From: Candidatus Nitrosopumilus koreensis AR1
GTDB lineage: Archaea; Thermoproteota; Nitrososphaeria; Nitrososphaerales; Nitrosopumilaceae
DNA: 32,000 nt
NCBI RefSeq assembly: GCF_000299365.1
Contig: NC_018655.1
Coordinates: forward strand, 300,001 to 332,000
Reading direction: 5' to 3'
The translations under genes and the position numbers were made by a program. Numbering within the stretch: the stretch's first letter is position 1; every line of letters begins with the position of its first letter. Of this stretch, positions 16,707 to 23,808 are shown piece by piece. The notes below the pieces were generated by a model. That model had not been told where the DNA came from, did no database searches, and saw only the letters and a list, made by a program, of their open reading frames with translations.

Positions 16707-18581
16707 ATGAAACTAATTTGGTTTGTAATTCCTCTAGTGTTATTTGGAATTGGAATAAACGAATCTTTCTCTGAGGAAAAAACAGAGACTGTAAAATTAG
16801 TGACCCAGCAGGAGTTAAAGATCATGGTTGAGAATTGGATGACAAACCCTGATGAGGATGACACAAACCAACGAATAGAAATTATGAAATCCTATTATGC
16901 ATTTGAAGAAACAGGACAGCAATTATCCAATGATGCAGAAGGACTAAAACTAATGAACCAAATCAGAAAAATGGTTAGCCTAGATCTTCCAAGAGCAGAA
17001 CTTGATGAATTAAGAAAACAAGTGCGCATAGAGTTGGGGTTGGAGGAACCCTCTGAAAATAAAATTTTATACATAAACCCAAGTTTAGTTGACTGTGTTG
17101 GTGTCGGTCCACAAAAGTGCATGCAAATACGTGAAGACCCAAACACTAACTGGCAAAACTTCTATGATTCTATTGATGGGTTTAATTTTGTTGAAGGAAA
17201 ATCTTACAAAATCTCTGTTAAAGTAACTGATGTAGAAAACCCTCCAGCAGATGCATCAAGTAAAAAATATGAATTAATCGAGATACTTGATCAAAAACCC
17301 TATCCAAAACACATCCCGTACAAAGACATGTGTGCTCCAGGATTTGTTCCACTTGGAAAGATTTGTGTTCTAAATGACAGATGTGGTCCAGGTGCATATC
17401 CTGGCAAAGTTTGTGTCATGGATGGAGAAAAACAACCATATCTTAGACCTTTGCAACAGGGAAATGCCGGCATTGCTGCCAGTGATGTGATTTGCGCAGA
17501 AAGCTTGCAATTACTTTTCAAATCTCATGATGGCTCTCCTGCATGTGTGAGCAATGATGCAAAAAAGAAACTGCAAGAGCGTGGATGGCAAACAAGCATT
17601 CCTCTTTTAGCGTGCACACTTGAATATGCTCCAGTTTGTGGGGTTGATGGAAAAACATATGGAAACTCCTGTATGATAAATTCAAACCATGTTGCTACAA
17701 AACACATCGGAGAATGCTCTAGCATGGTTGAGGACACAAAAGGAATATTTGAAAAGACATTAGATTACACCACACAGCCTGCTGTTGTTGATGAGGAGAA
17801 GGGATACTTTGTCACAGAGATTGCAGATGATGTCTATTGGTTAGTTGGAAATGGCTACCAGACAATGTTTGTAGTTTCTGATGAGGGCGTTATTGCATTT
17901 GATGCTCCACAACCAATTGGGGAAAAATATCTTGATGCAATAAACGATGTGACATCAAAACCTGTAACTCATATGATTTACTCACATCATCATCAGGACC
18001 ATACTGGCGCTGCAGGGCAAATATTTCCTAAAGACATTACATACATCTCACACAAAGATGCTGCAGATGCTCTAATCTCTGAAAATAACCCTGACCGACC
18101 AATCCCCACGCAAATTCTAGAAGGAGATGAAAACACTCTGGAAATAGGAAACAAAACCATAGAACTCTATAACATTGGGGATTTCCATTCAAAAGGCAAC
18201 TTGCTGATGATTCTTCCCGAATCAAAAGTTGCAATGCTAGTTGATTTGTTCCGTCCTGCAGAATCTCCTTATCGTGCATTTGGGGTGACACCTGACATTG
18301 AATTATACTTGGAGACACATGATGTCTTGCAAACTTTTGATTTTGATGTACTTGTTTCAGGCCATACAAGTCTTCTTGCAACAAAAGATCATGTCACCAC
18401 AAACAAACAATTTACACAAAGTGTAATGGATAATGCACAATCTGCTATTGATTCTGGAGAATCAAACCCTGCTGATGTTTGTACTGCAACTACAATTGAA
18501 CAATGGGAAGGAAAACTAGGAAATCTTGATGCATTTATGACTGATCATTGTAATGCAATGATAGAATATCTAACATCTTAA
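16707..18581 (+). CDS. Secreted multidomain protein: DUF4377-like domain + Cys-rich modules + Kazal-like domain + metallo-beta-lactamase fold
   Basis: Signal peptide MKLIWFVIPLVLFGIGINESFS. Aa 122-196 (CVGVGPQKCMQIRED..WQNFYDSIDGFNFVEGKSYKISVKV...PPADASSKKYELIEIL) resembles DUF4377. Aa 209-236 form a Cys knot and aa 261-295 a C...C...GW module. Aa 303-337 are CTLEYAPVCGVDGKTYGNSCMINSNHVATKHIGEC (Kazal-like). Aa 360-624 are an MBL fold with HxHxDH as SHHHQDH (nt 17985-18002), later H (GDFHSKGN) and GH (VSGHTS). Confidence 0.88.
   Translation: MKLIWFVIPLVLFGIGINESFSEEKTETVKLVTQQELKIMVENWMTNPDEDDTNQRIEIMKSYYAFEETGQQLSNDAEGLKLMNQIRKMVSLDLPRAELDELRKQVRIELGLEEPSENKILYINPSLVDCVGVGPQKCMQIREDPNTNWQNFYDSIDGFNFVEGKSYKISVKVTDVENPPADASSKKYELIEILDQKPYPKHIPYKDMCAPGFVPLGKICVLNDRCGPGAYPGKVCVMDGEKQPYLRPLQQGNAGIAASDVICAESLQLLFKSHDGSPACVSNDAKKKLQERGWQTSIPLLACTLEYAPVCGVDGKTYGNSCMINSNHVATKHIGECSSMVEDTKGIFEKTLDYTTQPAVVDEEKGYFVTEIADDVYWLVGNGYQTMFVVSDEGVIAFDAPQPIGEKYLDAINDVTSKPVTHMIYSHHHQDHTGAAGQIFPKDITYISHKDAADALISENNPDRPIPTQILEGDENTLEIGNKTIELYNIGDFHSKGNLLMILPESKVAMLVDLFRPAESPYRAFGVTPDIELYLETHDVLQTFDFDVLVSGHTSLLATKDHVTTNKQFTQSVMDNAQSAIDSGESNPADVCTATTIEQWEGKLGNLDAFMTDHCNAMIEYLTS
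17613..17717 (+). other. Kazal-like (4-Cys) protease-inhibitor-type module inside the 624-aa protein
   Basis: C-x7-C-G-x-D-G-x-T-Y-x-N-x-C-x14-C with the signature PVCG.DG.TY.N.C...G.C. The two Cys of the classical first/fifth disulfide are both absent, which is internally consistent. Confidence 0.6.
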
Positions 18582-18588
18582 TCATAAA

Positions 18589-18780
18589 CTACGCTACCTC
18601 TGAAAATATTGGTTTGCCCATGTCCAATCTACATTGTGTATGTATCTGCTCATCAGACACCGTGCTGCATTTTTGGCAGCCAAACTTTAGTGGCTTGCTG
18701 CAAACAGAACATTTTTGCTTTATTATCTGCTCTATTCCACATTTTCTACATGATTCAATTCTCATGGTTATGCTGAACAA
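18589..18780 (-). CDS. Small multi-CxxC zinc-finger protein
   Basis: 63-aa ORF with CRKC, CSVC and CQKC pairs plus a later Cys (MRIESCRKCGIEQIIKQKCSVCSKPLKFGCQKCSTVSDEQIHTQC). It may start at the second Met (18762). Confidence 0.55.
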   Translation of the reverse strand: MFSITMRIESCRKCGIEQIIKQKCSVCSKPLKFGCQKCSTVSDEQIHTQCRLDMGKPIFSEVA

Positions 18781-18871
18781 AAATACTCTATTATTGCTGG
18801 TCAGCTAAACAGCTTACCAGTAATCTCTTGATTTTACCAGATACTATGTGCAACTAGTACTAACTATTATC

Positions 18872-19021
18872 ATGAAAACACAGCAAATCTCAAACTGGGA
18901 TAAAATGGTACATGCCCCATTTAGAAAGGTCGTAAAGTTTGACCTTGTATGTATGGCAATAGGTGCAGTAATGGGTATGGGTGCAGGTGCATATCTTGTT
19001 GCTAGCGGAATTTTAGGCTAG
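18872..19021 (+). CDS. Candidate single-TM micro-protein (49 aa)
   Basis: MKTQQISNWDKMVHAPFRKVVKFDLVCMAIGAVMGMGAGAYLVASGILG has the same Gly-zipper style helix as the 16516 ORF. Confidence 0.35.
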   Translation: MKTQQISNWDKMVHAPFRKVVKFDLVCMAIGAVMGMGAGAYLVASGILG

Positions 19022-19063
19022 CAACATAACTTCTTTTTTATAATTAATGATGTGACAAAAATT

Positions 19064-20029
19064 ATGGAATTTCGTACCGTAGAGCCATCTTACACCTCAA
19101 AGGATGGATGCAGACTGGTTTGGCAGGGAATAGATGAGGATGACATTGATGTTGTAATATTAAACAAAGATGAACTAGACAGATTTGTTGAGATACTAAA
19201 ACAAAACAAGACAGGCGAGGTTGAACTAGAAGATCAAACTAGCTTTATCAGGATAAATTCTGATGTGACTCAGTTTAGCCTAACCAATCATAGGTTGCTT
19301 GAAGCAAACACTTCTGATATTCAAGAACAGGTATTGGAATTTGCCAAGGTTCCACATGAACCGCAATATGTTTACGTTGGAACCAAAGAATTCTACCCTT
19401 CTGTATGGATCCGAGATGATACAAAACAACAAGAAGGTATTCCTAAAAAAACAAATCAATCTTTGATTCAGGCCATTTTGTCATCAGAGCCTGAAAAGAT
19501 TAGACAAGATCTTTCTCCAACTGACTTGTTTAGGGTTTTTGCAACTAGACGCTCTACTAGAAAATTTTCTAAAACAAAAGTTGAGGACTGGAAGATTGAC
19601 AAGATTTTATCTGCAGCTGATGTTGCGCCCACAGCTGGAAACTTTCAAGGATTTCAGGTGTTTCTTATAAAAAACAAAGATGCAAAAGAAGCACTAGTAG
19701 AGGCTGCAAACAAACAGCCATACGTAAATGCTCCTGTTGTCTTGGTTTTTTGTACGGATCCTTCCCGAGTGAACCTCAAGTTTCCTCCCGATATTTTAGA
19801 AAAGTTCTCATTGCAGGATGCAACTATTGCGGCAGCGTTTTCATTACTTGCAGCATCTGGAGTTGGCCTGAGTACGATTTGGATAGGAATGTTTGATGAA
19901 GAAAAAGTAAAGAAAATTCTTGGAACTGATCTTAGACCGTCATCTATTTTGTGTATTGGGTATCCTGACAAGAAAAAACCTCCAAAGTCGAGAAGAAAAC
20001 TCAAGGAACTAATCAAAGTAATAGAATGA
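19064..20029 (+). CDS. Nitroreductase-family protein with an uncharacterised ~160-aa N-terminal extension
   Basis: The C-terminal half carries nitroreductase signatures (RRSTRKFSKTKVEDWKIDKILSAADVAPTAGNFQGFQVFLI...PVVLVFC...IGYP). I recognise no motif in the N-terminal half. I prefer ATG 19064, with a TATA-like TTTTTTATAATTAA about 23 nt upstream, over GTG 19052. Confidence 0.87.
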   Translation: MEFRTVEPSYTSKDGCRLVWQGIDEDDIDVVILNKDELDRFVEILKQNKTGEVELEDQTSFIRINSDVTQFSLTNHRLLEANTSDIQEQVLEFAKVPHEPQYVYVGTKEFYPSVWIRDDTKQQEGIPKKTNQSLIQAILSSEPEKIRQDLSPTDLFRVFATRRSTRKFSKTKVEDWKIDKILSAADVAPTAGNFQGFQVFLIKNKDAKEALVEAANKQPYVNAPVVLVFCTDPSRVNLKFPPDILEKFSLQDATIAAAFSLLAASGVGLSTIWIGMFDEEKVKKILGTDLRPSSILCIGYPDKKKPPKSRRKLKELIKVIE

Positions 20030-20068
20030 TCTGGAATCATTTTTATCTCATATTGAGGACTGGTCTTG

Positions 20069-20869
20069 ATGACAGATCTTATTGACGAGGCAGCAGATTA
20101 TGTCTTAGAGCTTGCAAGCTCTCAGAGATTAAACATATTGATTGCTCTGCTAAACAAGGATCTGACTCCTACTGCGTTTGCAAAAGAGATTGATGCTACA
20201 AAACAAGAGGTTCATAGAAATTTTTCACGTCTAGAAAAATCAGGCTTGGTCAAAAAGAAAGTCAGTGGAAAATACACTCTTACCACATTTGGGCAAACAA
20301 TATGTACACAGGTTCCATCACTTGTCTTTTTGTCTCAGAATCGAAAATATTTTGAAGAACACACTTTTGGTGATGTTCCACACAAGTTCCAGATGCGATG
20401 CGGTCAACTTGCAAATTCCCAATATGTCAAAGGAGTGTCCAAAGTCTTAGAACAATGGAAACAAATCTACAAGAATTCTGATAAATTCATCTATGAAATT
20501 TTATCTGAGGTTCCATTAGACTTGATTGAACCCCTTGTAAAAAGAGTCAAAAAAGGAGTGAAATTCAACTACATATTCTCCGAATCTGCAGTTGTGCCGA
20601 AAGGCAGAAAGGCATTACTCAAAAAATTGGGATTTGACAAGCTAATTGAAAAGGGGCTTATTGAACGAAAAATGGAAAAAAATGTTCAGACAGTTGTGGT
20701 GTTAAATGAAAAGGAGGCATGTCTGATGTTTCCTACATTGGATGGAGAGTCTGATATCAGTGAGATGTTTTACTCTGATGATCCTATGTTTCATGAATGG
20801 TGTCTTGATTATTTCAGGTATTGTTGGTATGGCTCTGATGTGTTCAAAGAAAGTAAACTAAAAGAATAA
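20069..20869 (+). CDS. Winged-helix (ArsR-like) transcriptional regulator with a C-terminal DUF1724-like domain
   Basis: N-terminal wHTH SQRLNILIALLNKDLTPTAFAKEIDATKQEVHRNFSRLEKSGLVKKKVSGKYTLTTFG. The ~180-aa C-terminal domain is of the kind seen in archaeal FilR1-like regulators, an assignment from memory. ATG 20069 follows a TATA-like TTTTTATC about 25 nt upstream. Confidence 0.84.
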   Translation: MTDLIDEAADYVLELASSQRLNILIALLNKDLTPTAFAKEIDATKQEVHRNFSRLEKSGLVKKKVSGKYTLTTFGQTICTQVPSLVFLSQNRKYFEEHTFGDVPHKFQMRCGQLANSQYVKGVSKVLEQWKQIYKNSDKFIYEILSEVPLDLIEPLVKRVKKGVKFNYIFSESAVVPKGRKALLKKLGFDKLIEKGLIERKMEKNVQTVVVLNEKEACLMFPTLDGESDISEMFYSDDPMFHEWCLDYFRYCWYGSDVFKESKLKE

Positions 20870-20909
20870 TGCTGTAATCTTTTTATTTTATCAATAACTG
20901 CCAATTTTT

Positions 20910-21278
20910 ATGGCTGATGATCCTGAACCAACTTCAATCAAACATGAGATTTTAGATAAAATTGCGGCACTTGTTGCAGCAGCTTTTGGTTTGGTTGCAG
21001 CATTAGCCTGGAATGATGCAATCAAAGCATTGTTTCGTGAATACTTTGGACCAGCAGATCAGGTAGGGCCTATGATAGTTTATGCAATTATTGTAACAAT
21101 GATTGCAGTTGCTCTGACAATATTTGTTGCAAGAGCTGCTTCTCAAGCAAAAACTATGTTGGGAAAACGAGATTACAAGTGTGCATTGTGCAAGTTCAAA
21201 ACCTATGATGAGTCAGAATTTTTGGAACATTTATCCAAAGAACACTCTGCAAATGGTGGCAAATTTATCTCAAAATAA
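20910..21278 (+). CDS. Small membrane protein fused to a C2H2 zinc finger
   Basis: Two hydrophobic helices (IAALVAAAFGLVAALAW and MIVYAIIVTMIAVALTIFVA) are followed by YKCALCKFKTYDESEFLEHLSKEH, a classical C-x2-C-x12-H-x4-H finger. Confidence 0.8.
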   Translation: MADDPEPTSIKHEILDKIAALVAAAFGLVAALAWNDAIKALFREYFGPADQVGPMIVYAIIVTMIAVALTIFVARAASQAKTMLGKRDYKCALCKFKTYDESEFLEHLSKEHSANGGKFISK

Positions 21279-21317
21279 TTTACGCTATCTTTATCTATTT
21301 TAAAAGAGATTTAATTT

Positions 21318-21569
21318 ATGCAAGCATATATTCTGATCAACTGTCAAACAGGAAGCGAAACTAGATTAATTTCAGAATTAATGGAATTACCTGAAGTAAT
21401 TGAAGTCAATGGAGTTTGGGGAAAATACGATGTTCTTCTAAAAATTTCTACTAATGATCCTAACGGGGCTGAACAAATTGTCAAGCAACTACGTAATCAT
21501 CCTGATGTTGTGGATACCTATACAATGCACGTGTTATATGGACAAGGTGGAACAATAGATCATGAATGA
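21318..21569 (+). CDS. Stand-alone Lrp/AsnC ligand-binding (RAM) domain protein
   Basis: 83 aa: MQAYILINCQTGSETRLISELMELPEVIEVNGVWGKYDVLLKISTNDPNG...HPDVVDTYT. This is the beta-alpha-beta-beta-alpha-beta RAM pattern without an HTH. Confidence 0.85.
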   Translation: MQAYILINCQTGSETRLISELMELPEVIEVNGVWGKYDVLLKISTNDPNGAEQIVKQLRNHPDVVDTYTMHVLYGQGGTIDHE

Positions 21570-21777
21570 AGATGATGTTCAGGAGATAGTTGATTTTGTC
21601 AATTTTAGGTATGCAGATGAAGTGCCTGGACCTGTAAAGTTTGTAGTAAAAAGAAAGGCCAAGAAAATTGAGAAACTAGATCCAAATGACTTTCCAGAAT
21701 CTCTTCGGAAATGCACCATTGAAGAGTTTATCATGATTCTCAAAGATGCATATTCCAAAAAGCAACTGCAGTTTTAA
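21562..21777 (+). CDS. Hypothetical 71-aa protein
   Basis: Overlaps the upstream RAM gene by 8 nt (ATGAATGA), which suggests translational coupling. Composition is protein-like. I recognise no motif. Confidence 0.6.
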   Translation: MNEDDVQEIVDFVNFRYADEVPGPVKFVVKRKAKKIEKLDPNDFPESLRKCTIEEFIMILKDAYSKKQLQF

Positions 21778-21809
21778 AAAATATGCAGTTTGGAAGTTAA
21801 CCAATAAAA

Positions 21810-22127
21810 TTACTCTTCATAGGAATCATCCTCAAAGAGTTTCTTCCTCCTTTTACCCAACTTTGCACCTCCACTTAGCATTATCCAAGTAAGAATGAGA
21901 TGACTTCGTTCTAAATCAACCCACTTAGCCTGATTCCATAGTAGATGATTTCTTGCAGTATCCATTGCCTTTCTATGGTTTTGTTTCCTCTTACAACCAT
22001 CTGCTTGTCCTCACTTGAAGCTCTCTAAAAGATCATCATCAAACCGCAAGGCAAGTCTCTTTTTCCTAAAACGACTCGGAACTGAATCAAGAATATGACT
22101 AAACAAAAAGTCTCTAGATGCATTCAT
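21810..22127 (-). pseudogene. Ribbon-helix-helix-like ORF interrupted by one in-frame TGA
   Basis: My translation reads MNASRDFLFSHILDSVPSRFRKKRLALRFDDDLLESFK*GQADGCKRKQNHRKAMDTARNHLLWNQAKWVDLERSHLILTWIMLSGGAKLGKRRKKLFEDDSYEE. A single frame runs from 22127 to the TAA at 21812-21810, with TGA at 22013-22011. KRLALRFDDDLLESF followed by a helix resembles the RHH (CopG/Arc) strand-helix pattern. Neither fragment reaches the 60-aa track cutoff. Confidence 0.35.
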
Positions 22128-22132
22128 TATCA

Positions 22133-22318
22133 TCATTCATCCTCAAATGTAAATGTCAACCCTCTCAAGTCTTCCCAAGTACAATCCCGAATTGATCCAA
22201 GTAAGCTGCTGTTTACTGAAAGTTTTTTGCTTTCTTTTACTGGCATGCTTTCAACCAGAATTTTTTGTGGCTCGAGTTGCCTTGTCTCATTTTGAGACCA
22301 TGCTAGAGTAGTGCTCAT
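22133..22318 (-). CDS. Hypothetical 61-aa ORF upstream of the interrupted RHH-like ORF
   Basis: Track ORF MSTTLAWSQNETRQLEPQKILVESMPVKESKKLSVNSSLLGSIRDCTWEDLRGLTFTFEDE. It ends 5 nt before the RHH-like ATG. I recognise no motif, and coding status is uncertain. Confidence 0.3.
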   Translation of the reverse strand: MSTTLAWSQNETRQLEPQKILVESMPVKESKKLSVNSSLLGSIRDCTWEDLRGLTFTFEDE

Positions 22319-22459
22319 GAAATATGAAACTCTAATTTTGGTATTAAGACTGGAGATTTTTGTCTAGATTCTATTCCAATTAAACCAGTTATTCTAAGCG
22401 TAAAACCAGTCATCTAGTTGTCATGACAGGCATAAATAGTCAAGTTGTTCTGTATCTGT

Positions 22460-23767
22460 ATGGGGCTATCTCAATCAAATCTTAATGGCCTTCGAGTATT
22501 TTCCCCATCCTCATTGCTTGATGATACAATAGGTTTCTTTGAGTTTCTGCGATACGAAACAAAATCACTGAGAGATGAAAACGTTATTCTCAAAGATGAT
22601 TTTTTAGAAATTATCCCAAAAAGCACTAAAATAAAACAAGCATCAAAACTCAAAAAATCTGAAATCACAAAAAAGTTTGAGGATTTCTCAAAGAATTTGG
22701 ATAGAACTTTGTTTGTAAAAAATACCAAAGACGAGATTACTGACATAAAGTGGACAAGAATAGACGACTTTTGTAAACTGCTTCGACTAATTGAGAGAAG
22801 TGATGAACGAAAGATACGTTGGGCACTGTATCAAATTTTTACATCTGGTAAAACAAAAATCTCAAAACAAAACATAAATGAATTATTACAAGATTTCAAG
22901 ATAAAAAATTTGGATAAAATACTAGCAAAAATAATCAAAACAGAGACGTTATCTGGATTAGATGCAACATATGATGGAAAAAATTTCATCATCAATCATA
23001 ATTCTAATGATAAACTGGTTTCGCATTATTTAGTTGATGCCGTAGAAGAATCATCAAGACGCTCTCCTGGTGAATTAGAAGAAGAGATATTGGATTTGAT
23101 TGACGAGGGCTCTTACTCTAACCAAGAAATCTCCCAATCATTATTACTTGATGAAGGACTTGTATCACGAACAATTAGCAAACTTCGAGATCAAGATAAA
23201 ATAATTCTCTCAAGCTTTGGCCAACGTGGAGCTCGATATTTTACAACAAATTGCGATAATTGTCCTTTTGGAACAACAAAGGCCTCTTGTAGAAAAGAAG
23301 CTATATCCTATATTGCATCTGCATTTGCACAAGATTTTGACTTGGATCTTTCTGCAAATGATTTTGAATCTGTAGAAACAAATCAGGCTCTTTTGAAAAT
23401 TAAACGAATTGTCATGATGGCAAGAAAAGAAAAAAACACTAAACTTGAGCGTAATTTGGGTGAAAATCTAGACAATCTGCTCTCCAAAGTGGTTGATAAA
23501 TTCACTGAAATTGAAACTCCTGACAAAAAATCTCTGAGTGTACCTGACATCAAAATTGAAATCACTCAAAACATATCCAAACTGCCAATGTTGTACCAGT
23601 TGGGTCTCAAAAAGGGTGCTAGAGGAGGAATCCATCTAATGGATGAGATGCTTCACTTGGCATCAAAATCTATCAAAAAAGAGGACAGACTAAAAATCAA
23701 AAAACATGCACTAGGCGAGACAAACAAATTCCTAAAAAATATAGGTCTTGATAAAAAGGATTCCTAG
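22460..23767 (+). CDS. Large Lys-rich protein with a central winged-helix domain and an adjacent Cys cluster (putative DNA-binding protein)
   Basis: wHTH-like EEEILDLIDEGSYSNQEISQSLLLDEGLVSRTISKLRDQDKIILSSFGQRGARYFTT is followed at once by CDNCPFGTTKASC (nt 23252-23290). I see no NTPase or nuclease motif. I prefer ATG 22460 (MGLSQ), with a TATA-like CATAAATAG about 25 nt upstream, over TTG 22445. Confidence 0.8.
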   Translation: MGLSQSNLNGLRVFSPSSLLDDTIGFFEFLRYETKSLRDENVILKDDFLEIIPKSTKIKQASKLKKSEITKKFEDFSKNLDRTLFVKNTKDEITDIKWTRIDDFCKLLRLIERSDERKIRWALYQIFTSGKTKISKQNINELLQDFKIKNLDKILAKIIKTETLSGLDATYDGKNFIINHNSNDKLVSHYLVDAVEESSRRSPGELEEEILDLIDEGSYSNQEISQSLLLDEGLVSRTISKLRDQDKIILSSFGQRGARYFTTNCDNCPFGTTKASCRKEAISYIASAFAQDFDLDLSANDFESVETNQALLKIKRIVMMARKEKNTKLERNLGENLDNLLSKVVDKFTEIETPDKKSLSVPDIKIEITQNISKLPMLYQLGLKKGARGGIHLMDEMLHLASKSIKKEDRLKIKKHALGETNKFLKNIGLDKKDS

Positions 23768-23808
23768 CTAGTTTATTAGAAACAACTCTAAAAATAATTA
23801 ATTCAAAA

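Noticed and set aside
18797-18820. Imperfect hairpin CTGGTCAGCT-AAAC-AGCTTACCAG between two small divergent ORFs
   Set aside because: It forms only 9 of 10 base pairs with an internal mismatch, and it sits in a divergent promoter region rather than at a 3' end. That is too weak to call.
22011-22013. In-frame TGA as possible selenocysteine, Trp recoding or programmed read-through
   Set aside because: TGA is used as an ordinary stop by confident genes in this window (alaS, rpl1, the 342-aa gene). I know of no Sec machinery in this lineage, and no SECIS-like structure is obvious. Pseudogene or sequencing error is more parsimonious.
22095-22295. 66-aa + strand ORF in the coding-poor patch
   Set aside because: The sequence (..HYHHSSSNVNVNPLKSSQVQS..) is low-complexity and overlaps the more protein-like minus-strand ORFs. 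It has no start context.
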